A stretch of DNA of 64,000 nucleotides, taken from the IMG/VR virus record IMGVR_UViG_3300045747_000172; one strand, given 5' to 3'. Under the pieces are notes generated by a model, which was given only the letters and a program-made list of their open reading frames with translations, ran no database searches and was not told the DNA's origin. Shown here piece by piece: positions 26,774 to 36,629 of the stretch. The position numbers were made by a program, and so were the translations under genes. Numbering within the stretch: position 1 is the first letter of the stretch; each line of letters starts with the position of its first letter. Source of the stretch: an uncultured virus (IMG/VR IMGVR_UViG_3300045747_000172) (Duplodnaviria > Heunggongvirae > Uroviricota > Caudoviricetes).

Positions 26774-27289
26774 ATGGAACGTAAGCCACTGATACTGCCG
26801 AATCAGGTAACAGCTGATCTGCCGCCGCCTGTGAAGAGAGGCAGAGGAAGGCCCCTGGGCAGTAAGTCCAAGCGCACACTCGGCAACCGCAACATCGCCA
26901 AGGCGATTGAGAACGGTGAGCCACTGCCGCATGAGATCCTACTGCAGCTCGCACGTGGCAAGCCGGTACAGCAGTGGGTGCCGGATCTCGAGACCGGGGA
27001 ACTGAAGCCTAACCTGCTCGTGCCTGACATGGACGTCATCCGGGACTGTGCCAAGGCGGCGGCACCGTACTTCGCACCCAAGCTCAGTACCGTTGAAGTG
27101 ATCCAGGGAGTAGCCGATGACGATCTCGATAGCCTCATTACGAGCCTTGCCGCCGAAGCAGGCATTAGCCTTGGCCCTGATGGAGAAGGCGAGGAGGATG
27201 AAGAGGGAGAAGGAACGCCAGGCAGCCTCAGCACTGGCCAGGAACTCCTCGGTACTGGAATTCGCCGACGTACCGTCACTGGTACTTGA
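26774..27289 (+). CDS. Terminase small subunit
   Basis: RGRGRPLGSK, AKAAAPYFAPKL; directly upstream of the large subunit. Confidence 0.75.
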   Translation: MERKPLILPNQVTADLPPPVKRGRGRPLGSKSKRTLGNRNIAKAIENGEPLPHEILLQLARGKPVQQWVPDLETGELKPNLLVPDMDVIRDCAKAAAPYFAPKLSTVEVIQGVADDDLDSLITSLAAEAGISLGPDGEGEEDEEGEGTPGSLSTGQELLGTGIRRRTVTGT

Positions 27290-28535
27290 CCCGAACCACA
27301 AACTCCACCTACTGACGAAGCCGGCACCCTACAAGATCCTCTGGGGTGGCCGCTCCAGTACCAAGTCCTGGGGTGTTGCCGAACACCTGGTCCGCAAGCT
27401 CGCAGCTGGACCGTACCGCTGGCTGTGCACTCGGGAGTTCCAGATCAGCATCAAGGACAGTGCCCATCGCCTCCTAAAGGACACCATCACGCGGTTGGGC
27501 CTGGATCACTGGTTCGTGGTCACCAAGGACAACATCATCAGCCGTGCAGGCGGTGAGTTCATCTTCAAGGGCCTCCACAACAACGAACAGGGCATCCGGT
27601 CCACTGAGGGCCTCGACGGGGTGTGGGTCGAGGAAGGCCAGAGCGTGAGTGAGACCTCATGGCAGTCCCTACTGCCCACCATCCGCAAGGACGACTCGGA
27701 ACTGATCGTCACGTTCAACCTGATCGACGAAGACGACGCCACCTACCGCAGGTTCGTGCTCAACCCACCGACTGGCGCGGTGGTGATGAAGTTCACCTAC
27801 GAGGACAACCCGTACCTCAGCCAGCGCACGCTACAGGAGATCGAGGACGACAAGGCCCGTGACTTCCACCTGTACGAGCACATCTGGCTGGGCATGCCGC
27901 TGAAGATCACCGACGCGATCATCTTCAACCGCAAGTACGTGATCCGGGAGTTCGACGACGACATCTGGACCAAGTGGGAGCACCTGGGCACTCGACCGTT
28001 CTACGGGATGGACTTCGGGTTCAGCCAGGACCCATGCGCCCTGGAGCGGTACTTCCCTGTGGAGCACGACGACGACGGCAAGCGCCGCCTGTACGTCAGC
28101 CACGAGGCGTATGGCACTGGGGTCGAGCTCGACGAGATGCCCGAGTTCATGGACAGCGTACCGGGCGCCCGTGACTGGCCCATCCATGCGGACTCCAGCC
28201 GCCCCGAGACCATCAGCCACCTGCGCCGCAAGGGCTTCAACATCGCCGCCGCCGAGAAGTGGGAAGGCTGTGTCAAGGACGGCATCACCCACCTCAGGGG
28301 CTTTGATGAGATCGTCATCCACCCACGCTGCACTGGACTCGCCAAGGAGGCAAGACTCTACCGCTACAAGACCGATCCCAAGCAGCTGGACGACAAGGGC
28401 CAGCCCAAGGTACTGCCCATCATCATCGACGCCCACAACCACGCCTGGGACGCCATACGCTATGGCTTCGACGGCTACATAATGCGATCCGGGGCCCTCG
28501 GCACCTGGGTCAAACTCGGTCAACAACCTGGATAG
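27117..28535 (+). CDS. terL: Terminase large subunit (PBSX-like)
   Basis: GGRSSTKS, REFQISIKDS, WVEEG, GMDFGFSQDP and DAHNHAWDAIRY. Start codon uncertain (27117 or 27180). Confidence 0.95.
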   Translation: MTISIASLRALPPKQALALALMEKARRMKREKERQAASALARNSSVLEFADVPSLVLDPNHKLHLLTKPAPYKILWGGRSSTKSWGVAEHLVRKLAAGPYRWLCTREFQISIKDSAHRLLKDTITRLGLDHWFVVTKDNIISRAGGEFIFKGLHNNEQGIRSTEGLDGVWVEEGQSVSETSWQSLLPTIRKDDSELIVTFNLIDEDDATYRRFVLNPPTGAVVMKFTYEDNPYLSQRTLQEIEDDKARDFHLYEHIWLGMPLKITDAIIFNRKYVIREFDDDIWTKWEHLGTRPFYGMDFGFSQDPCALERYFPVEHDDDGKRRLYVSHEAYGTGVELDEMPEFMDSVPGARDWPIHADSSRPETISHLRRKGFNIAAAEKWEGCVKDGITHLRGFDEIVIHPRCTGLAKEARLYRYKTDPKQLDDKGQPKVLPIIIDAHNHAWDAIRYGFDGYIMRSGALGTWVKLGQQPG

Positions 28536-28541
28536 GACACC

Positions 28542-29963
28542 ATGAACCTCCTCAATCGACTCTCTCAGCGGCGCCTCCTGGTGCCATCCCGGATGCGCCG
28601 GGCCATGACCCATGACGGGCAGTTCATGCCCAAGCTCAACGCCGGAGGCACCGCCTGGCAAGACCAGGACTGGGAGGCAGCCGCAGCCGCTGAGATCTCG
28701 GCCAAGCGCAGCGCCACCCTGGCGGGTGATTCGATCATGGGCTACGGGGATAACACAGGCGCAGGCGGCAGCACGATCGGTGAGACCTCGCAGTCGCATG
28801 TGGCCTGGGCGAACTCTGCGATGCCCGGGACCGCCTTGAGCATCATTGCCAACCGGGGTGTGGGCGGTACGCTGATCGACGGTGCTGCTGTCAGCTCTCT
28901 GATTGGCTCCGGCGGGTCACCGCAACTGCCCCTGGCCGCCGTTGACAATTCCGACATCCTCTGGATCCACTCGGGCGTCAACCACTTGAACCCAACCATC
29001 GACGCGAGTGCACCCACTGTGGCGAAGATCGTGACGAAGTACCGCCGCCTGTTCGACCTTGCAGCGCCCATGAAGGGGCTTGTGTTCGTCGACGCCATTA
29101 CCCCCCTCAACGCAGCAGCCCTCACGCCCAGCGGCGCCGCAGCACGCCGCGCTGACATCCCGCTGATCAACAGCCAGATCGCGGCTCTGTGCGCCTCCTA
29201 CCGAAATGTCAAGTTCAATGACATCTACTCGCCCTTGGCTGTGGACCAGGCCGGGAACGCCAACCCCAACTACTTCACGCTCCTCAACGGCATCCACTTC
29301 ACCACGTGGGGCGCCCAGGTGGCAGGCATCGTATCAGCGGCCAACCTGCTGAAGTACCTACGCCCGGCTGCGGCCTACCGTGTGACCAAGACCATACTGA
29401 TGATGGACTTCACAGGCTCCGCGGGAACCAAGACTCCTGGGTCGGGCACGATCAACGGCAATGTCGCCACCAGCCTCGCCTTGACCATTGCGGCGGGCAC
29501 GGGTGTGGTCACCGCCAGCGTCGCTGACAACAAGCAGCGCCTGGTGATTGATAACAGCGCCGGGGGCGCCACCTGCACCGTGCAGCTGAACTTCAGCAAC
29601 ACGACCGCCTGGAACGGCACACTGGCAAATGGTGATGTGGTGCAGTCGTACACCAAGATCGAGTGTGCATCCCAGACTGGCATGCGGAGGTGCAACCCGA
29701 CGTTCATCCAGAACCCCGCCGGCACTCCAGTCACCGTGGACGGACTCTCGAGGAGCACCCAGGAACTCGTTGACTCCGGTGCGCAGGGTGTCGCGCTGCC
29801 GCTCTTCCCGCCCAGCTTCTCGGGCATCTTCCCCACCAGGCCCTTCACCCTCAACGCCGTGATCGCCTCGATCAACATTGCGGTAACCATTGAGGTCGCT
29901 GCCGGTGGGTCTGCCGATGTGCAGATTAGCGGATACGAAATCAACGGGCAAGTAGCGGTTTAA
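28542..29963 (+). CDS. SGNH/GDSL hydrolase with capsid-like leader and beta-rich C-terminal domain
   Basis: Blocks GDSI, NRGVGG, GVN and NGIHF; leader RLLVPSRMRRAMTHDG. Confidence 0.8.
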   Translation: MNLLNRLSQRRLLVPSRMRRAMTHDGQFMPKLNAGGTAWQDQDWEAAAAAEISAKRSATLAGDSIMGYGDNTGAGGSTIGETSQSHVAWANSAMPGTALSIIANRGVGGTLIDGAAVSSLIGSGGSPQLPLAAVDNSDILWIHSGVNHLNPTIDASAPTVAKIVTKYRRLFDLAAPMKGLVFVDAITPLNAAALTPSGAAARRADIPLINSQIAALCASYRNVKFNDIYSPLAVDQAGNANPNYFTLLNGIHFTTWGAQVAGIVSAANLLKYLRPAAAYRVTKTILMMDFTGSAGTKTPGSGTINGNVATSLALTIAAGTGVVTASVADNKQRLVIDNSAGGATCTVQLNFSNTTAWNGTLANGDVVQSYTKIECASQTGMRRCNPTFIQNPAGTPVTVDGLSRSTQELVDSGAQGVALPLFPPSFSGIFPTRPFTLNAVIASINIAVTIEVAAGGSADVQISGYEINGQVAV

Positions 29964-30040
29964 CTGACTCCTCTACAATTGAGGCGCTCCTAGTCCTCAA
30001 TGACCCCCGTGGCGCCGCCACCAACCCACCTGGAGAAAGC

Positions 30041-30412
30041 ATGAGTTCCAAAGTCACTGTCGTCCTCTCACTGGCACTGTCCGCAGTCGCGGCCGGTGTC
30101 GTGTTCGGGGGCATTCGCATCACGCTGGCAGACACCAGTGGCAACCCGCCCGCGGTCGAGACCTTCACCTCCGCTGAGGTCATGGTCAGCCCGGACGGCA
30201 CGGTCGCCCAGATCACCGCGGAGTTCCAGGATGTCGCCGTGGGCTCCTTCAGCGTCGTGGCCACCAGCTTCGACGAGCAGGGCGTGGACATCCCCGACTT
30301 CATCCTCAGCGGCAGTGGCACGGTGCCCGACACCCTGCCGCCTCCCCCGCCTCCCCCGCCCCCGCCCGTGATGATCCCGAAGCCGAACAGCATGAGCATC
30401 ACTGTCGGCTGA
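30041..30412 (+). CDS. Beta-rich hypothetical protein with a poly-proline tract
   Basis: GGAG RBS; run of consecutive prolines; TACAATT upstream at 29974-80. Confidence 0.65.
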   Translation: MSSKVTVVLSLALSAVAAGVVFGGIRITLADTSGNPPAVETFTSAEVMVSPDGTVAQITAEFQDVAVGSFSVVATSFDEQGVDIPDFILSGSGTVPDTLPPPPPPPPPPVMIPKPNSMSITVG

Positions 30413-30532
30413 CGTGGCCAGGCTGCGCCACTTCCTGGTGCTGCTCTGGTTGCTTCTGCTACGCCGCCACAAACGGCGTAGCATGGTGCCCAAGCCCACC
30501 GCCCTCGACCTTCACGTTCACTAGGAGGCCAC

Positions 30533-32578
30533 ATGGCCCGTCACATCCACATCCACTTCCTCCCTGCCCGAGTGAGGGACCAAGCCCTGGGGTCAGTACC
30601 AGCCGGCGACGACATGATGAAGCTGGTCAACGTGCTCATGCAGGCCATCGCGGACCGGCAGGGCATGACGCAGACCGCAGACGCCATGTTCCTGTTCACA
30701 GACCTCGCAGCAGCGGTGAAGACGCTCACGAGGGACGCCACCTACGTCGAGCAGGACCATCCGCGAGATGAGGGCGGCCGCTGGTCCGCAGGCGCACACC
30801 AGGCCGCGGCAGAAGCCCACGAGGGCATGGGCACGCCCGATCACCAAGAGGCAGCCGAGGCGCACCACGCTGCCGCCAAGCACATGACCTCGCAGACCGG
30901 CCTTGGTGCGCACATGAGCCAGGCCGCACAAGCCGCCTCGAAGAAGCTGGGCGGTGTGCCAAGTGCCCAGAACAACAGCATGGGCGCCGCGTACGGCAAG
31001 CTCAAGGCCATCGCCGCCGACCCCAGTGCCCCGGTCCTCAAGCGCAGCGAAGCCATCAAGCAACTCGGTGCCATCGAGAAGGCTGCCGGGGAAGTGGCAG
31101 AGAGCCCGCACGCGGTCGTGCCACCGAAGCCCGTCGCAGCAGGTCCCGCTGGCGCCCCAGGTGCACCGGCCGGTGGCAATGCGGTCGGGGCCAAGCCTAC
31201 CCAATCCACGGCCAAGGGTGCCAAGCCCGCGGTACACCAGTTGCTCAGCAGCGGACATCCGTTCAGCGTGGATGAACTGATGAAGGCGACAGGCGTCACG
31301 AACAAGGTGACGATCATGACCGCCTTGAGTGACCTGAAGAACCCGAAGTACGCCGGCCAGCTGGGTGCCCTCACGATCGAGAAGGGCGCGGACGGCATGT
31401 ACAAGGTCACGAAGGCGCCTGCTGGCGGATTCAAGGCGGTTGGCGCAGCGAATGCCCCCGCTGGCGCCGCGGGAGCCAATCAAGCCACTGCTGTCGGCGA
31501 TCCGACAGGTCCCATGGTCGGTGAGGCGGACCCGAACAAGGTCGTCCACGGCAGCCACCCACTCAGCGACTTCATGCCCGGCCAGATGCTCACTGCGAAG
31601 GGTGTCAAGGGCAACCAGTACAAGGTACTCGGCCACAACGACGCAGGTGGTGTCGTGGTCGAGGGCCCCGGCGGTGTCAAGCACAACATGGAGCCCTCGG
31701 CACTCAAGGCCGCAATGCAGCCGCCTGCTGCCAAGGCTGATCTGCCTGCTCAGCCTCCCGAGTCCGCCCACACTATCAAGGAAGCACCCTCGGCTGGCCT
31801 CAAAGACGGCCCGGGCACACCTGACCCTTCGATCAAGACCGCCACCACAAGCACCGAAGCCCGGTCCATGCGAGCGAAGGCCGTCGTCGCCTCCAAGGCC
31901 AAGGCCAAGCAGGACGCACGCAGCGCCGCCAACATCGCTGACCCCAGGTACGGGGCCACACCCGAGATGAAGGCTGCCCATGAGAGGGCGAAGGTGCACG
32001 CTGCCGAGCATGACGAGCAGGTTCGGGCAGCCACGGGTGCAGCCAAGCCTGGCCCAGCTGGTGGCTCTGCCCTGCCCTTGCGCGCCACGCCCAAGGGTGA
32101 CGTGAACCCGGTGCAGAACGTCCAGGCCCGCATCGACTCCAAGGCAGCAGGCAAGGGCCGCATCGACCGTGCACTCGGCAACCACTCCAGCACCTTCGTC
32201 GCCCAGGCACTCGGCCAGCCCAAGCCGGGCCCGGGGCAGACGCCCGCGGAGAAGGCTGTCGGCAAGACCAAGGTGGACGCGGCGCTGGGCAACCACTCGC
32301 AAGGCTTGGTCAAGAAGGCACTGGGCGCCAAGCCCGGCCCCGACGGCAAGCCCATGGGCACGCACCCAGCACTCGCCGCTGCACAGAAGGCCGTGGCTGC
32401 CAACCCACGCACCATGAATGTCGACCCCATCAGCCACCGCACCTCGATGGCCGGCGGTGTGCCGCACTCTAACACCTCGAAGATGACGCCTGAGCGCGCT
32501 GCTGCCAATGCGAAGCACATGGCCGGCCTCGAGGCGGCACGCACCCCCGCCGCCAAGAAGACGCCGGGAAAAGCCTGA
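30533..32578 (+). CDS. Large Ala/Pro/Lys-rich putative internal virion protein
   Basis: AGGAGG RBS; HIHIH, VRD, TRD and EQDHPRDEGGRW; C-terminal ALGNHS and KPGP repeats. Confidence 0.7.
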   Translation: MARHIHIHFLPARVRDQALGSVPAGDDMMKLVNVLMQAIADRQGMTQTADAMFLFTDLAAAVKTLTRDATYVEQDHPRDEGGRWSAGAHQAAAEAHEGMGTPDHQEAAEAHHAAAKHMTSQTGLGAHMSQAAQAASKKLGGVPSAQNNSMGAAYGKLKAIAADPSAPVLKRSEAIKQLGAIEKAAGEVAESPHAVVPPKPVAAGPAGAPGAPAGGNAVGAKPTQSTAKGAKPAVHQLLSSGHPFSVDELMKATGVTNKVTIMTALSDLKNPKYAGQLGALTIEKGADGMYKVTKAPAGGFKAVGAANAPAGAAGANQATAVGDPTGPMVGEADPNKVVHGSHPLSDFMPGQMLTAKGVKGNQYKVLGHNDAGGVVVEGPGGVKHNMEPSALKAAMQPPAAKADLPAQPPESAHTIKEAPSAGLKDGPGTPDPSIKTATTSTEARSMRAKAVVASKAKAKQDARSAANIADPRYGATPEMKAAHERAKVHAAEHDEQVRAATGAAKPGPAGGSALPLRATPKGDVNPVQNVQARIDSKAAGKGRIDRALGNHSSTFVAQALGQPKPGPGQTPAEKAVGKTKVDAALGNHSQGLVKKALGAKPGPDGKPMGTHPALAAAQKAVAANPRTMNVDPISHRTSMAGGVPHSNTSKMTPERAAANAKHMAGLEAARTPAAKKTPGKA

Positions 32579-32609
32579 CCCCTGCTGCACCGGCTCCAGC
32601 AGCAGGGGG
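32579..32609. terminator. Hairpin
   Basis: CCCCTGCTGC...GCAGCAGGGG immediately after the stop codon; no U-tract. Confidence 0.4.
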
Positions 32610-32616
32610 TGGACGA

Positions 32617-32874
32617 TTGAGTGATCTCAGCACCACTGAGATCTCGAGGCGCCTGAGTGAGAACTACTCCAAGCGCCCGAGTAGCGTGGCCAAGCGGTTC
32701 GGTTCCAACGGTCCCACGCCCGAACAGGCAGCGGCCTACAAGAAGGAAGTGAACGCCCACCAGAACGAACGGACCAAGCTCATGGCGGCGCACAAGGTAG
32801 CACTCGCCCGTTCGAACGCGGAGCACATGGCAGCCTATCACGCCAAGGGCCCGTCACCAGGCAACAGGAAGTAG
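32617..32874 (+). CDS. Small basic hypothetical protein
   Basis: 85 aa ORF (TTG start) filling the gap; resembles the A/K/H-rich helices of the upstream gene. Confidence 0.5.
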   Translation: MSDLSTTEISRRLSENYSKRPSSVAKRFGSNGPTPEQAAAYKKEVNAHQNERTKLMAAHKVALARSNAEHMAAYHAKGPSPGNRK

Positions 32875-32877
32875 GCC

Positions 32878-33849
32878 ATGGCGATCATCATCCACTACCA
32901 CCTCACCAAGGGCGTGCCCGTCGCACGCTACTCGGTCAGGGACGACGACACCTTCCGCGAGGCAGAGCACCCGCGTGAGCCCGACGGTCAGTTCGCGCCC
33001 AAGGGACAGGGCAGCACCACCAAGGCGCCGGCAGCACCCAAGGCCGCACCCAAGTGGACCAAGGCGGGAGGCGGTGACTTCACTCCCGCGGAGCATGCTC
33101 GCCTGCGTGCCCTGAAGGTGCCGCCTGCCTGGACCAGTGTCAAGCTCTACCCGGAGCACAGTGCGATCCAGGTCACCGGCGTGGACGTCAAGGGCCGCAC
33201 GCAGCGCAAGTACAGTGCGGAGCACAGTGAGAAGGCCGCTGCGGAGAAGTTCGCTCGCCTCAAGAGCTTCAACGCTGTCGTGGGCACCATCGTGACCAGC
33301 GCCAGCAGCGACATGAACAACAGCCGTCTGGCGCCCGTAACCCGGGATGCCGCCGCTGTTGTCAAGCTCATCGCACTCACGGGCTTCCGCATCGGATCAG
33401 AGCGCGATACAGGCGCTGACAAGCAGGCCTACGGTGCCAGCACATTGAAGCCCGAACACGTGAAGGTCAAGGGGAACGACATCACCTTCGCCTTCACCGG
33501 CAAGAAGGGTGTCGAGCAGGGCAAGACCATCACCGACGCTGGCCTGGCCAAGTACATCCGCAGCCGCCGGGGCCAGGAGAAGCTCTTCAACGCCAGCCCC
33601 ATGGCGATCCGCTCCTACCTCAAGTCACGCGGGGGCACGGAGTTCAAGCCCAAAGACTTCCGCACCTGGAACGGCACCAATGCGGCGCTCAAGGTCATCT
33701 CCACGATGCCTGTGCCCAAGAATGAGAAGGAGTTCGCCCGGCAGCGCCTCGAGGTCGGCAAGGCCGTGGCCAAGCACCTGGGCAACACCCCGATCGTGGC
33801 ACTCGCCGCGTACATCGACCCTGCCGTGTTCGGCCAATGGAGGCACTGA
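32878..33849 (+). CDS. DNA topoisomerase IB (bacterial/poxvirus type) with N-terminal leader
   Basis: VPPAW, GVDVKGRTQRKY, GFRIG, FTGKKG, KDFRTW, LGNTP and YIDP supply the R-K-R-N-Y catalytic set. Confidence 0.93.
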   Translation: MAIIIHYHLTKGVPVARYSVRDDDTFREAEHPREPDGQFAPKGQGSTTKAPAAPKAAPKWTKAGGGDFTPAEHARLRALKVPPAWTSVKLYPEHSAIQVTGVDVKGRTQRKYSAEHSEKAAAEKFARLKSFNAVVGTIVTSASSDMNNSRLAPVTRDAAAVVKLIALTGFRIGSERDTGADKQAYGASTLKPEHVKVKGNDITFAFTGKKGVEQGKTITDAGLAKYIRSRRGQEKLFNASPMAIRSYLKSRGGTEFKPKDFRTWNGTNAALKVISTMPVPKNEKEFARQRLEVGKAVAKHLGNTPIVALAAYIDPAVFGQWRH

Positions 33850-33850
33850 C

Positions 33851-34387
33851 ATGAACCAGGAAGACATCGCTCGCATGAACGCCTTCTTCGAGACCAACCA
33901 CTACGACGCTGATGGGGATGCCCACAGCGTCGCCGCTGCGTTTGACCCGGAGGATGACGAGCCCAAGACCCGGGCGGCGGGCATCGCGTACCACGACCCC
34001 GACGGTAACGTGCTGCTCGTCAAGCGGCACAGCAGTTCCAAGGACTACCCCGACCACTGGGCATTCCCGGGTGGGCACCTCGAGGAGGGCGAGACCGCCA
34101 AGCAGGCCGCCACACGCGAGACCCAGGAGGAGTGCGGGCACACGGTCCAGGACTGCCAGTGGATGCACGAGCACCACACCGACGACGGCGTGCACTTCAC
34201 GACGTTCAAGACCACCGGCCCTCGCTTCAAGCCCGTGCTCAACGAGGAGCACAGTGCGTTCACCTGGGCCAGCCCAAGCGCCATGCCATCGCCGCTGCAT
34301 CCCGGCGTACCGGCCGCGCTCGACGCTGACCCGGAGGAAGAGGACGGCGAGGGCAATCAACCCGACATCTGCGCTTGCAAGCACTAG
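33851..34387 (+). CDS. NUDIX hydrolase
   Basis: Nudix box PGGHLEEGETAKQAATRETQEECG. Confidence 0.92.
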   Translation: MNQEDIARMNAFFETNHYDADGDAHSVAAAFDPEDDEPKTRAAGIAYHDPDGNVLLVKRHSSSKDYPDHWAFPGGHLEEGETAKQAATRETQEECGHTVQDCQWMHEHHTDDGVHFTTFKTTGPRFKPVLNEEHSAFTWASPSAMPSPLHPGVPAALDADPEEEDGEGNQPDICACKH

Positions 34388-34396
34388 GAACAGACC

Positions 34397-35215
34397 ATGA
34401 CCATTACCACCCGGGACCTGCTGATCGACGGCCTCGCCAACAACAGTGAGCGGCTGCTCATTAACAAGGCCTCGCTTGCCAACGCCGCCGCCGGGCAGTT
34501 CTTCAGCCTGTGGGCGGCCGGCGGAACGCCCGGCGCCGGTGCAGCGCCCACAACGGCCGCAGTGTGCACGTCAGCGTTGACCGGGGCGCTGAGCTTCACC
34601 AACCAGACAGCGCCGGTTACCAGCTACATCGGGTGGCTGGCGATCATGAACCAGACCAACAGCGGCAGCAATCTGGACATCCACGACCGCATTGCGCACA
34701 TGGGCGGCCTGTCAGGAACCGTCACCACAGCGCAGGGCGCGCTGGACTTGAACGCACTGGCACCCGCCGCAGCACGCCTGGGCGCGGCTGACTACAGCGA
34801 CGTGCAGTGGTGGCTGGAGATTTACACCGCGCTGGGCGCTACGGGCGTGAATGCCACCGTGGCAGTGACCTATGATGACGCCAGCACGGGCAATCTGGCG
34901 GCTGTGGCGCTGGGCGCAACGCCACGGGCTGGGCGCCTGTATCCTCTGCTGCCGGCCGTGGCGGGCCGTAGCATCCGGGCGGTGACGGGTGTCACCCTGT
35001 CGGCCACCACCGGCACGGCCGGCAACTTCGGCATCACGGCCACGCGCCAGCGCACCAGCGTGAGCATGCCGCTGCTGAACAAGACCGAGACGTTCGACTG
35101 GGCCCAGCTGGGCCTGCCTATCGTGCCGAACGATTCGTGTCTGGTAATGGTGGTGCCGTGCATCACCACCACAACGGGCGCGTACGTCGGCTGTGGCAAG
35201 CTGGCGCACGGGTAA
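34397..35215 (+). CDS. Putative virion structural protein
   Basis: 272 aa, rich in A/G/T and beta-strand-like. Confidence 0.6.
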   Translation: MTITTRDLLIDGLANNSERLLINKASLANAAAGQFFSLWAAGGTPGAGAAPTTAAVCTSALTGALSFTNQTAPVTSYIGWLAIMNQTNSGSNLDIHDRIAHMGGLSGTVTTAQGALDLNALAPAAARLGAADYSDVQWWLEIYTALGATGVNATVAVTYDDASTGNLAAVALGATPRAGRLYPLLPAVAGRSIRAVTGVTLSATTGTAGNFGITATRQRTSVSMPLLNKTETFDWAQLGLPIVPNDSCLVMVVPCITTTTGAYVGCGKLAHG

Positions 35216-35218
35216 AGC

Positions 35219-36619
35219 ATGGCTTCGGTTCAGTATCCGCAAACCGACCTCCCCAGGGGGGTAAGCGGTGGTGCGGACAAGTGGGACGATGCAGCGGGCG
35301 CCATCATCGCCCTCGACTTTTTCGCCGTCGTCGCGGGCGGTGACACCTCAGTTTCTGTAGCAGACTCAGGTGCAGCGTCGAGCGCCATCACTGTCGCCGT
35401 CTCGCTGAGTGTCACAGCAGACACCGGCACAGGCACCGACAGCACCTCTGGCGCAGTCGCATTGGCACTCGCGGATGTAAGCACCGCTACGATCGAAGCA
35501 CTGGCGGTTGCAGCCGCCACAGCCCTGGCAGACACAGGCGCCGCCACAAGCACCATCGCAGCCACCATCGCCGCCGCCTTGAGTGATGCGGGTGTAGGTG
35601 CCGATGCCATTGCGGTGATCGTCGCCCTGGCGCTCTCGGACACCGGAACAGGGACTGACGCAAGCTCCAGCCTGATCGGGGCAAGCCTCACGGACACAGG
35701 CACCGGTACCGATGCGCTGTCAGCACTCGGCGTCTCAGTGCCCCTGGCGGACACAGGCACTGGAGCTGACGCCATTGCAGTGGCAGCAGCACTGGCCCTC
35801 GCTGACACAGGCACCGGCACAGACGCGAGCAGCAGCCTCATTGGTGCGAGTCTGTCGGATACAGGCACTGGCGCAAGCACCGTGGTGGCCAATGTCGCCT
35901 TCACCCTCGCGGACACGGCAGTAGGTGCTGATGCACTGACCATCGCGGTTGCAGCCAGCGTGGCTGAGACGGGTGCCGGTGCCGACACGATCATCTCCGC
36001 GCTAGGGGCGGTGTTGGCGGATGCAGGGTCTGGGCTGGACTCTGTCACCATCAATGTCGCGCTGAGCCTATCTGACGCCGTTACGGGCGCGGATTCAACC
36101 ACCCCCGCCGTCGCGATCGCGCTGACTGACACGGGCGTGGGTGCAAGTGCACTCGCCGCTGGCGGCACTGTCATCCTCGCCGACACAGGCACTGGGGTTG
36201 ACTCACTCAGCACTGCGGTGTCTGTGCTGCTGGCAGACCTGGCGTCCAGCCTGGACACGCTGGACGTGGCGGGATCTAACGCCAAGTCCGCTGCTGACAC
36301 TGGTACAGGCTCCGATACAATTGCGGTCACGGTCCGAGTCAATCTGACTGACACAGGCTCAAGCACAAGCGCACTGCAGTCACCCACTGTGCGCTTGACG
36401 GTGAGTGATGCGGGCACGGGTGCCACGCTACTGTCCAGGTCGGTACGGCTCGAACTGATCGGCATCAACTTCGCACTCACCCAACGCACAGCCACCTTCT
36501 CAACAGCCGCGAGATCAGTGGCGCTTTCCTGCACCCAACGCACAGGCACCTTCTCAACAGCCGCGAGATCGGCTAGGCTCGCACTGGCCTCGCGGTCAGT
36601 CTCTTTCATCCTCCACTAG
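35219..36619 (+). CDS. Repetitive fibre-like protein
   Basis: Many L[AST]DTGTG[TA]D-type repeats with a period of about 19 aa. Confidence 0.7.
   Translation: MASVQYPQTDLPRGVSGGADKWDDAAGAIIALDFFAVVAGGDTSVSVADSGAASSAITVAVSLSVTADTGTGTDSTSGAVALALADVSTATIEALAVAAATALADTGAATSTIAATIAAALSDAGVGADAIAVIVALALSDTGTGTDASSSLIGASLTDTGTGTDALSALGVSVPLADTGTGADAIAVAAALALADTGTGTDASSSLIGASLSDTGTGASTVVANVAFTLADTAVGADALTIAVAASVAETGAGADTIISALGAVLADAGSGLDSVTINVALSLSDAVTGADSTTPAVAIALTDTGVGASALAAGGTVILADTGTGVDSLSTAVSVLLADLASSLDTLDVAGSNAKSAADTGTGSDTIAVTVRVNLTDTGSSTSALQSPTVRLTVSDAGTGATLLSRSVRLELIGINFALTQRTATFSTAARSVALSCTQRTGTFSTAARSARLALASRSVSFILH
36478..36570 (+). repeat. 39 bp near-perfect direct repeat (1 mismatch, period 54 bp)
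   Basis: CACCCAACGCACAG(C/G)CACCTTCTCAACAGCCGCGAGATC at 36478 and 36532. Confidence 0.85.
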
Positions 36620-36629
36620 GGGCATCACC

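Noticed and set aside
32878..33849. Tyrosine integrase indicating a prophage
   Set aside because: Motifs (VPPAW, GRTQ..Y, KDFRTW, LGNTP, YIDP) are those of Topo IB. No att site, repressor pair or host genes are visible.
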